Source: Negaprion brevirostris (Eukaryota). From it: 64,000 nucleotides of DNA. Positions 28,261 through 39,029 of this stretch are shown in pieces (the stretch's first letter is position 1; every line of letters starts with the position of its first letter). The stretch is taken from NCBI GenBank assembly GCA_030324005.1, contig JARDVH010000025.1:117407395-117471394 (forward strand). The letters are read 5' to 3'. The notes below the pieces were generated by a model, which did no database searches, was not told the DNA's origin, and saw only the letters and a list, made by a program, of their open reading frames with translations. The position numbers and the translations under genes were made by a program.

Positions 28261-28454
28261 GTATGTCAAACACCGTGAAGCATCAATAAACATCAGCTGT
28301 GATTCACTGGTGATCCTATCTAGGGTCACGAGCAACGAGACTGGGAATGCAATGGAAGAGTCCATTATTATTATTTTACGAGATCCAGTAGCAAAATGAA
28401 AAAAAAAACTAGCACCTTCACAAGAAAATTTAAAATCATCTTTTGTGCCAATTA

Positions 28455-28637
28455 ATCGGGTGGTACAGTGGCTAGCATTGCTGCTTCACAGCGCCAGGGA
28501 TTTGATTCCCAGCTTGGGTCACTGTCTGTGTGCAGTTTGCATATTCTCCCCATGTCTGCATGGTTTCCTCCCACAGTCCAAAGATGTGTGGATTGGCCAT
28601 GCTAAATTGCCCCTTTGTGTCAAGGCAGCTAGCTAGG
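28455..28637 (+). mobile_element. V-SINE 5' part (runs into gap)
   Basis: ggtggtacagtggctagcattgctgcttcacagcgccaggga head and core. Confidence 0.82.
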
Positions 28638-29007
28638 NNNNNNNNNNNNNNNNNNNNNNNNNNNNNNNNNNNNNNNNNNNNNNNNNNNNNNNNNNNNNNN
28701 NNNNNNNNNNNNNNNNNNNNNNNNNNNNNNNNNNNNNNNNNNNNNNNNNNNNNNNNNNNNNNNNNNNNNNNNNNNNNNNNNNNNNNNNNNNNNNNNNNNN
28801 NNNNNNNNNNNNNNNNNNNNNNNNNNNNNNNNNNNNNNNNNNNNNNNNNNNNNNTTTTTCTAAGAGCTGGACAAAAGTACTCGGCACAGTGATTAATTTA
28901 TCACTTTCTCCTGATCTGATATATAATTCATCATTTTCAAAGGGGTGTGTTGATCTTCTGAATCATATCTTATTAGTGGAACCATTGAGAAAATCAAACA
29001 TACTTAC

Positions 29008-29101
29008 CATGAACTTTGAATATGTTCTGAACTTGGAGGATGATCCAATGAATTTTCAAAGCCTCTGCTTTCAGGACCAAACGTGTATGACCTTACTGCT
29101 C
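29008..29101 (-). CDS. PCNX2: PCNX2 exon (94 nt, phase 1->2): GAVRSYTFGPESRGFENSLDHPPSSEHIQSS
   Basis: ttcatccttag|GA acceptor, CATG|gtaagt donor; continues the G..RSYTFG motif. Confidence 0.85.
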
Positions 29102-29857
29102 CTAAGGATGAAATGACACAGTATTTCACTGTTTTATTCATTTTCAAATTTAACCCTCTACTCTCTGGCAATTATTCAATTATAAAATTCTCATCTTCTT
29201 TTAAATTTCTCCCTACTCCTGAAATCTAGTCTAACCATACAACTCTCCATGAACTTCGCACTCGTCTAATTCTGGCTTCTCGAGTATTCTTGATTTTTAT
29301 TCTTCTACCATTGGCTGATGACGATGCCTTCAAGCTTTGGAATTCTCTCCCCAAACCTCCACTTTTCATTGCTCTAGCTCTTTCCCCTTCTTTAGGGCAT
29401 TATTTTGGACTAAGCTTTTGGTGACCTATTCTAACATCCCTTACGTTGCTTCAAGGGGAGGATGTTGGTGTAGTGGTAATGTCGGTATAGTGGTAATGTC
29501 GTTGCACTGGTAATCCAGAAGCCCAGGCAACACTTTAAGGACACGGATTAAAATCCAATGTTGTGCAGTGCAGACCCTGATTGTGAATCTCAGCAGGGGT
29601 GCTGATCAAAGGCACTTTCCCACAGAGGGGAAGGAAGGCAATCTTCTTGGGGTATCTCAATGGCCTCCAGTAATCCTAGCCCAATTTCAACTGGGAGATG
29701 ATTTCCTAAACAGCAAGAAAAGGAAGAGAAATTGGGAAAAATACAAGCTTATATCCATGTCTGATCTTTCATTCAATCTAACCTTTATAAACAACATACA
29801 ACATGCTTCCATTCTATGCACAGAAATTGCATTTACTCACCACCAAAAAATACTCAC

Positions 29858-30003
29858 CAAGCTCATCTACAAAGAAATGTGTGGCACCAGTGGAGGTATC
29901 ATGGTGTGACGCAGCTTCATGTTTTGGACTATCACTTGGACACATGGAGCTCCCCCATTGTAATGAACAAGAGTGGTTCTGCACTTCTTGGTTATCCTGT
30001 GAA
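29858..30003 (-). CDS. PCNX2: PCNX2 exon (146 nt, phase 2->1): SQDNQEV...HHDTSTGATHFFVDEL
   Basis: tttacag|T acceptor, TTG|gtgagt donor; DTS.GA.H.F.DE.G pecanex motif. Confidence 0.88.
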
Positions 30004-30779
30004 CTGTAAATTATTACCCAGGAATTTAAGTGGACAAAACAGTGAGCACAACTATCTCAAATTAGTATGATAGTTCATCTCCTTAGATATAAACAAAAAT
30101 AGATTTTTTTTGTTATATATTCCTGTGCTCATCCAGGTGTGAGATGTTATTTCCCGAGAAAGGAATTCTTGCTAGCGCCGGCAATAAATGTCCTCAATCA
30201 AGCACAGTACAGCCAAACATATAGGCTTAATATTTCTAGTACAAAAGCAGACATTCTGTGATTGTTTTAATGATTTAATAAGAGCCTCCTCTAACTCTAT
30301 CTAATCCGAACAGCAAATTTTTCCATTTTTGATTGCCTTCTCTAGCTTTTCCTTCAATGTATCTATTCTACTGGTTCAATCAACTGCTCCAAGGGGTAGC
30401 AAATTTCACATTCTAACCACTTTTTGAGTAATGATGTTTTTTCTGAATTCTCTGATAGATTTATGACTATTTTATATTTAGTACCTCTAATTTTAGTCTC
30501 CCTCACAAGTAGAAATGTCTTCTTTATATTTACCCTGTCAAACCTTTCCATAATATTTAAGACCTCTTTCAGGTCATCCGTCAATCTTCTCTTTTCCCAA
30601 TACTCTGCCTGACTTCAGAACAGTAATACCTACTTCACAGGAGTGACACTTTTAAAACATTTTCCATACCAGTCACACCATGATCTCTCTAAGTGAGACA
30701 CCCAGAGCATCAGACCTGATTCATGCAGTTCCAAGTTCCCAGGAACCCTGAATTACAACATATATCCCAATAGTTGTTG

Positions 30780-31583
30780 ACTTACAGGAGCAAGGCTGAT
30801 AGGTTTCTCAACCCCATTCTCCTGCCTTTAGCCCATAACTTTCTATCTGTCTTAAATACATTCAGTGACTTGGTCACCACAGCCTTCTGTGGCAATGAAT
30901 TCCACAGATTCACCAGCCTCTGGCTGTAGAAATTCCTCCTCATCTTGGTTCCTTTACTCTAAGGTTGTGCCCTCGGATCCCAGTCTCTCCTACTAATGGA
31001 AACATCTTCCACACGTCCACTCTATTTAGGCCTTTCACTATTCTGTAAGCTTCAATGAGATCTCTCCCATCCTTTTAAACTCCATCGAATAGACTCAAAC
31101 ACTCCTCATACATCAAGGCTTCCATTCTCAGGATCGTTTTTGTGAACCTCCTCTGGACCCTATTCAAAGCCAGCACATTTTCCCTTAGATACGAGCCCAA
31201 AATTGCTCACAATATTCCAAATGTAGTTTAATCAGAGCCTTATAAAGCCTCTGCAGTATATCCCTATTTTTGTATTCTAGTCCTCTCAAAATGAATGCTT
31301 ACATTGCATTTATCTTCCTAACTATTAACTCAATCTGCAGGTTAACCATAAGAGAATCCTGAACTAGAACTCCCAAGTCCCTTTGAGTTTGATTTCTGAA
31401 TTCTCTCTTCATTTAGAAAATAGTCTATGTCTCTATTCATTCTACCAAAATGCATAACCTCACATTTCTCCATACTGTATTTCATTTGCCACTTCTCTGC
31501 CCACTCTCCTAACCTGTCCAAGTCCTTTTGAGGTCTCCCTGCCTCCTTAACACTACCTGCCCCTCCATCTGTCTTTGTATCAT
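30780..31583 (-). mobile_element. CR1 LINE RT-to-3' fragment; resumes briefly at ~32276-32310
   Basis: IVAKFADDTK..G..Q.DLDRLGEWAEKWQM....KCEVMHFGR. Confidence 0.92.
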
Positions 31584-31899
31584 CTGCAAACTTAGCCACA
31601 ATANNNNNNNNNNNNNNNNNNNNNNNNNNNNNNNNNNNNNNNNNNNNNNNNNNNNNNNNNNNNNNNNNNNNNNNNNNNNNNNNNNNNNNNNNNNNNNNNN
31701 NNNNNNNNNNNNNNNNNNNNNNNNNNNNNNNNNNNNNNNNNNNNNNNNNNNNNNNNNNNNNNNNNNNNNNNNNNNNNNNNNNNNNNNNNNNNNNNNNNNN
31801 NNNNNNNNNNNNNNNNNNNNNNNNNNNNNNNNNNNNNNNNNNNNNNNNNNNNNNNNNNNNNNNNNNNNNNNNNNNNNNNNNNNNNNNNNNNNNNNNNNN

Positions 31900-32275
31900 A
31901 TGTGAGTCTTTACCAGTAATCAAGTCTTAAAGGTACAGACAATGTGAGTGGAGAAAGAATTAAGCACAGGTTAAAGGGATGTACATTGTCTCCAGCCAGG
32001 ACAGTTAATGAGATTTTGCAAGCCCAGGCAAGTCGTGGGGATTACAGATAGTGTGACATGGAGAGAAAGCACATCTCTTTAACCTGTGCTTAACCTTCTT
32101 TCCACTTACATTGTCTGTACCTGTTTGTGAACAGAACTCCCACTCACCTGATGAAAGGACAGCGCTCCGAAAGCTAGTGGCTTATGCTACCAAATAAACC
32201 TGTTCAACTTTAACCTGGAATTGTGAGACTTCTTACTGTATTTACCCCAGAGCAAAGCCAGTATCTCCACATCAT
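31900..32275. mobile_element. Penelope-like element remnant (inverted arrangement) nested in CR1, with hammerhead-like core
   Basis: 52-bp inverted repeat 31931-31982/32071-32122; CTGATGA(32148)..CGAAAGCT(32168); same tail as the 18613-19132 element. Confidence 0.75.
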
Positions 32276-34351
32276 TCTGCCAGTCAGCCAATCTTCTAAC
32301 CATGCTAGTCATCATTATGATTTACAACCTAATATTATTGCATTGAGGTGCCTGTTAGCTGAGCAGCTTGATTGACAGTTCCATGTAGTTATAGAATAGA
32401 AACGTTTGTTTTCATGAGAAGTCCATAGAAGGAATTTCAATGTATTGAATGGATTTTTATCAATAAGATTTTTGAAAAATAATTACATCACATCAATAGA
32501 TATAACTATTTTATGTCAGCATGGCTCCCCTGAAGCTTTCCCATAATGGGGACTAGGCAAGTTAACATGGAGGGAGTAATGGCAAAGGGTGGTGAGTAGA
32601 GGATATGGGTTGGCATGAATTGGCACAAATTGGCATGGGGCTACAAAGGGCCACGGAAATAATTTGGGTCATGGGTTGACATGGGGGTTGTGACAGGTCA
32701 TGGGGGATTCGAGAGGCATAGAGTGATATAGAGGCATGAGGCATCATAGTGATTGGATAGAAGAGCAAAGGATGACATGGGAGCATATGAGGAGCAATAG
32801 AGTGGGGAGGCATGATGTGGCACAGATTGGCTTGGATGTAGCATAGGAAGCGTGTGAGGAGTGAGGGCTGGTGGGCTTTTTTTTGTTTATTCTTTTTTAA
32901 AATAACTTCAACAAAATACCACTGCACGGAGGGAGGGCTTCCACCCAGTCCTGCCCCCACAGCCTCTGCACTCATTCCTGGGGTCAGGGGTCTAACCACT
33001 AACCCAGCCTGCTGCCAATTCCAACTTTCAGGCCTCATTTCAGAGCCAGGAAACATCTCTGCACTCCTGTACCTGGAGCAAATATTGGGCCAAAATATTA
33101 GCACTCAGTCACATTGCAAAAGCACTTTGACAATTATCTTCCAACCTTTGTTTCAGGAGATGACAGGGGAAAAGTGTGTATTGTGCTCACTTGCACATGA
33201 CTGATATTTAATTTTTTAAAAAAACATGAGTTTCACTTTCCTAATTTACTTCTGGCAAGATATCAAGAATATGCAACTGAGCTTAAAGCTTTATATTTGG
33301 ACTGTTCTATTTGCGTCACCAGGCGATGGTCATATACAGATAGATATTCATTTTCAGCTCATATCCTGACACATGATGATGAATTGGAATTATAATTACC
33401 ATTTCACAAGAGAAAAACAAAAGAGAATTTCAAAAGTGAAAAATAATCCCATTTAAAGGCTCACGCAAAAGACAAAAGTCTAAATTCATTACCAAAAAGA
33501 GTCAACCAATATTAACTGTTTAAGAATCAGGGCACCCAAATGATCAAGATAATGGGGTAGATTCTGAAATCAATGACCTGAATATTGCAGACAACATGCC
33601 TGGAATATTTTGACCAGATGAAAGATTTTGCCAGGGAGAAAAAAACTCAGTAAATTTGTCTTAATTGGCCAAAACCACAGATAATTCAAGGAATTTGGGA
33701 TGCATCATTTCCAATGCAATTGATTCCATCTCTGTCCAAACCCATTGTTTTAGGTTGACCCAGACAACACCCAATCTTAGCATTCAATCCGATCAAGATG
33801 AACTTCTAAACCCCATCTCCCTCTCCATCACAAAAAAAAATTATTTCAACATTTCTGTTCCCGTCGCAGTTCATTTACTGCTTTATCACTTTAGACTTGA
33901 CACCAATATCCTTCTGGCTGGCCTCCCATCTTGCACCTTCCATAAACTCCATCTCATCCAAAACTCTGCTATCTGTATCCGATTTCACAACTTCTGTCAT
34001 CACCGACTTACATCAGGTCGGCTGTGATAGCTTCAAAAGATGAATAGCCTGTTCTCACTCACCATCCAGTCTGAGAGATAAAGAATGGCATCTTAGGCAA
34101 GGTATTTAATGGCTGCTAGCACTTGCATAATTGGACCACTATACAGACAGTGGAATGATAGAATAGGAGGGATAATGGGATGTAGAAGGAGGTACAAATT
34201 ATGAAAGCAACAAGGAATGGGTAGGGACAAGGAGTAGGAGGGACAAGGCAAAACTCTGCCTGCTTATATTCAGAATCAATGATTTTAATGTTCACAGAAT
34301 TGTACATTTGTAGAGTTTACAATTTATCATTGCAGGACAATAAAAGCTTAC

Positions 34352-34493
34352 CTCTGAGGTGAACTGGCAAAGGTTGCAGAAACAGTTTGACTGTTCTCTG
34401 TATTTTGCCACTGTCGTATTGTTGATCTTCTTTCACCACTGTTGTGGTTACGCCGCCTCGTGTGTCGTGGTCCAGTCTCTGATAGGGGCACAA
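34352..34493 (-). CDS. PCNX2: PCNX2 exon (142 nt, phase 1->2): VVPLSETGPRHTRRRNHNSGERRSTIRQWQNTENSQTVSATFASSPQ
   Basis: gatgtag|TT acceptor, CAGAG|gtaagc donor; CpG-rich open frame; phases fit both neighbours. Confidence 0.75.
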
Positions 34494-34789
34494 CTACATC
34501 ATAGAGAGAGGTTGAGAAAATTTCCCATAAAAGGATTATTGACTTTGATGCAGTTAACCAACAGTTGAGTGGGCCAATGAAAGAGATAGAAAAGTTTGAC
34601 ACACCATCGAAGCTCATCCTCCATTTCCCAGAGGTTTCATAACTCTCAGCCACAAGTCTCCACTTAGTAGTGGAAGATGGGGCAGCTGGTGTAATAAAGC
34701 ATCACAGTAACACCCAGTCTCTTTCATGTTTTGGCTTCTCTAGATGTGTTTGGTAGCAGTGCTGATCTCTGCTCATTAACAATTTTTAT

Positions 34790-35770
34790 CATCCCTGATT
34801 TCACCTCATCCTCAATCACAACTCCTCATTATTTGCACCTCACCCCAATCTCAGCTCATCATATCACATTATCCCTGATCTCAGATCCTCACTAATTTCA
34901 CCTCATTCTGATCTCAGCTCATTATTCTCACCTTATCCCGACCTCAGTTTCTCACCAATCTCATCTCATTCCCAACTTCAGTTCCTCACCAATCTCACCA
35001 CATCCCCAGTCTCAGCTTCTCACCAATCTTACCACATTCCCAATCTCAACTCCTTACCAATCTCACCTCAATCTGAATCTCAGCTCCTCACCAATCTCAT
35101 CACATTCCTAATCTCATCTCACCAATCTCACCACATCCCCAATCTCATCTCACCAATCTCACCTCATTCCCAATCTCATCTCCTCCGCAATCTCAGTTCC
35201 TCGCCAATCTCACCTCATTCCCAATCTCATCTCCTCACCAATCTCACCTGATCTTCAATCTCAACTCCTCACAGATTCACCTCATGTCCAATCTCAGCTC
35301 TTCATTATTCTCACCTCATTCCCAATCTCACCTCATCCCTGATCTCAGCTCATCAATTTCACCTGATCCCCAATCTCAGCTAATCACCAATCTCACCTCA
35401 TTCCTGATCTCAACTCCTCACCTGTTCTGGTTATTGTCGATCTCAGCTCCTCACCATTCTCAGTCTATCCCCAATNNNNNNNNNNNNNNNNNNNNNNNNN
35501 NNNNNNNNNNNNNNNNNNNNNNNNNNNNNNNNNNNNNNNNNCAATCCTGGTTCCAGTTCAATCTCAGCATCAGCTCACCACCAACTCAGTTCATCTGATT
35601 TTTGCTGCTCACTGTCACATCCCATCCCCAGTTTCTATCCCTCAGCATGTAATTTCATTACTGATCCCAGCTCATCACTGATTTTCACCAATTTCGCTCT
35701 TCACCAATCTCCACTCATCCTGATCTTCACTCCCTGATCTCAACTGATCCCTAATCTTTAATAATTTCTG
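34790..35770. repeat. Pyrimidine-rich minisatellite, alternating ~17-nt units CCAATCTCACCTCATCC / CCAATCTCAGCTCCTCA
   Basis: Dozens of degenerate tandem units; contains a gap. Confidence 0.92.
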
Positions 35771-37104
35771 ATCTTTGCTCCTCCTTCATGTCAGTTCGTC
35801 AGCAGTTTCAGCTAATTCTTGATCGTGAGTTAAAGTTTCCATACTTCTTCCAAATTTGTTTCTATAAATGGAAAGATTGCTAATTCTTGAACTGTTGAAC
35901 CAGTGGTTTGCTGATCCAGCTGCATTGCAACCAAATTGTCATCGATTCAAATAAATATTTCTATTCAAAATTACAAGCATCTTTAAAATAGGTTAAGACT
36001 AATTTAAATGATTTTTCTCAAGGTACTTTTAAATAAATTTTTGTTGAAGTTGGGTTAGCAGAGCAATGGCTTGAGCAGAGGTAAGGAGAACCCCCTCCTT
36101 CTCAGGAATGATAATGGGTGAGACAAACCTGTGAGCCAATGACTGCATGCAGAGGGCTGAGAGTAGGAAATGGTCTGCTTTATAAGAGCATCAAAGAAAG
36201 AAAATAGCTTGCATTTATGAAGAACCATGCACAACCTGAGGACATCTCAAAGCCCCTTACAGGCGAAGCGTTTTTGAAGTGTAGCCATTATTAGAATGCT
36301 GGAAATGCACAACCAATTTTAACTCAGCAAATTCTTACAAACAGCAATGGATATTAATGACCAAATAATCTAGTTTTAGTGATGTTAGTTAAATGATAAA
36401 CATCGGCCAGGAGGTCCCATGGATTAACAATCATGCTCTTCTTTTAAATAGTGCTGTGGAAATGTTTATGGCCATTTGAAAGGTCATGCAAGTTGTTTGG
36501 TTTAATGTCTCATTCAAAAGGTGGTATCATCAACAATGCACCACTCCTTTGGTGCTGCATTGTTTAAATTATGTTCTTCAATCCTTCTGACTAAATATGA
36601 CAGTGCTCCATCATTGCTGATAGCAAAGACACAAGATAAAGTGAGAAATGAAAGGATTCAATCTTCTGTTTATGTCTTTACTGTTGTTAAATCAACATCA
36701 ATGAAGAGGACATAAAAGCACAACCAAGTAGTTGAGTAAATGACTACAAGCCATGAGAGAATGATTGAAAGGTATATTTGACATGACAATTTTTTCACCT
36801 CCGTGACTTGGTTCTAAATCTAGCCCAAACTAATTGGGTCTTTCTACTGACTGTAAATGACCTACTATACAAATTTAAAATTCAATCTAGCACTATTTAT
36901 CGGCAAAATCTCATGGTGCAAAATTCCCAATAATGCACAAACTAACATAGTCAGGTGAAGCTGCAAGTAATTATCCGTCTGCATTCCATCTGACCTGGAA
37001 GTACTAAATGTCAATATTGGGTGACAAGAATGAAAAAGCAATAGCTCACTGAAGTTCACCAAAAGTAAATTCAGAGTTATATTTGTGACAATTGCTGCTG
37101 GAAC

Positions 37105-38290
37105 TTAAGAACAGGAGTAAGCCATTCAACCTTGAGTCCCATTCAATATGATCATGGCTGGCCTGTAACCTAACGCCATATACCCACCTATGCTCCATAG
37201 CCCTCAATATCTATGGAAAACAAATATGTATCAATCTCAGATTTACAATTAACACTTGATCTAGCATCAATTGCTGTTTGCAGGATTGGTCCAAATTTTT
37301 TTCACCCTTTGTGTGAAGATTTCACATCTAAAAGGTCTAGCTCTACCTCTTAGGTAATGGCCCTGGTCCTAGATTCCACAAAGTTATTTCTATTTATCAT
37401 ATCTGTTCCCCTTAATATCATGAAAACATTGATCAAAACACCTCCGAACCTTCTAAATTGCAGGAAATACAATATTAATTTGTGTAACCTCACCTCATAA
37501 TTTAACCCTTGGAGTCCAGATTTCATTTTGGCAAAGCTCCAAGGCCAATGTAATTCTTCCTAAACTGTTTCCAGTACTCCAGGTTTGGTCTGACCAGGAT
37601 TTGTAGCTGAAAACATGATTTCATAGGTTTGTGTATAGATCCACAATGCTGGGTGCCAACTCTACAGGGCCCAGTGATAACTCCAAAGCTCATAGAATCC
37701 TTACAGTGCAGAAGAGGCCATTTGGCCCACCAAGTCTGCACGTACTACAATCCCACCTGGGCCCTATTCCCGTAACTCCTCATATTTACCTTGCTAATCC
37801 CCCTAACACTAAGGAGCAATTGAGCATGGCCAAACAACCTAACCTGCCAATCTTTGGACTTTGGAGTACCCGGAGGAAACCCACGCAAGCACAGGGAAAA
37901 CGTGCAAACTCCAAACAGACAGTGATCCGAGGCCGGAATTGAAACCGGGTCCCTGGTGCTATGAGACAGCAGTGTTAAACCACTGTGCTGTCTGTAAATG
38001 ACTTCTACCTCCTATTTTAATCTTCTAGATATAAAAGACAACATTCTATCTGCCTTTTTGATTATTTTCTATACTTGTTGATTGATGTACCTGGACTCTT
38101 GGAGGTCTCTTGGACCTCCACTATTTTTAATTTTGCACCATTTAGAAGTGAACCTCAAATTTGCTTACGTTGAAATCCAATTGTCACAGTTTTTCCCCAA
38201 TCAATTAATCTATTAATTTCTCTTTGCAATTTTAATGCATTCATTCTCACCATTTACAATGCCACAAGTACTGGAATCCATTGCCAAAGN
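37105..38290 (-). mobile_element. CR1 3' fragment interrupted by a SINE
   Basis: LQILVRPNLEYW motif; tail gaacttaagaacaggagtaagccattc. Confidence 0.72.
37690..37992 (-). mobile_element. HE1-like V-SINE with CR1-derived tail
   Basis: Reverse tRNA head, V-core ggaggaaacccacgca, tail catagaatccttacagtgcagaagaggccatttggccc. Confidence 0.85.
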
Positions 38291-39029
38291 NNNNNNNNNN
38301 NNNNNNNGGGGGTGGGGGGGGGGGGGGGAGCAGGAAAGATTGTGCGCAGTGCCCAGGTCTCCAGAGGTGCTGCTGTGTGAATTCAAGCAGTGATGCTGTA
38401 TGAAGTGGGGGGGGTCGGCCACCATGGAAATGAATACACAGGGAGGAGCCCTGGGAGAACACTCCAAGACCAGCCTGACCAGATGCAGCAGTGTGGAAAT
38501 ACAGTGCAAAAAAGTAATGTCTGTGACTTGGAGAAACATCCCATGTGACTGGTTTTTTAGGAGGATGCATATAGTTGGGATAAAGGTTTGGTGGGAGATG
38601 TAAAGAGTTATCAGAAGCTCCTGCTGCTGACCTAACGATGATGTCATGACACATGGAGGAAGGAAAGATCCAACGTCGCACAAAGTTCCTAAGATGTACA
38701 TAGAGCTGTAAATAAATACAAATGGTTTTAACAAACTACAGTTTTACTTGGGGAAAATAGACAAACCCCAAAACAACCCATTTCCAGATGACAAAACTGG
38801 TTTGAGCAGGAGGAAAGTTAGTGAGTGGTGGTTGTTGGGGCATCGCAGCCAGAAGCTGAGGTGAAGAAGTAAGATTCCAACAGGTTTACCAAGCATGGCA
38901 AACCCATTACAAAACTATGCTGGTTTTTCCTGAGCAGCTGAATATTTTCAAGGTGTTCAGTCATTATAGACTCTAGCAGTTGCCCAAAATACATGAGACT
39001 AACTGGTCTATAATTTTATGATCTCCCTC

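Noticed and set aside
28177-28365. Minus ORF containing ..LMFIDAS.., resembling pecanex HVFIDEH
   Set aside because: The true motif is in exon 29858-30003; this ORF runs into CR1 sequence and lacks fitting splice sites.
29455-29560. tRNA-like sequence with a 17-bp tandem duplication (ggtgtagtggtaatgtc x2)
   Set aside because: Degenerate SINE head; no cloverleaf or intact B box, so not a tRNA gene.
32562-33204. 180-aa and 116-aa ORFs over a G-rich (GGCATG-type) tract
   Set aside because: Low-complexity or repeat-derived sequence with no recognisable domain or splice support.
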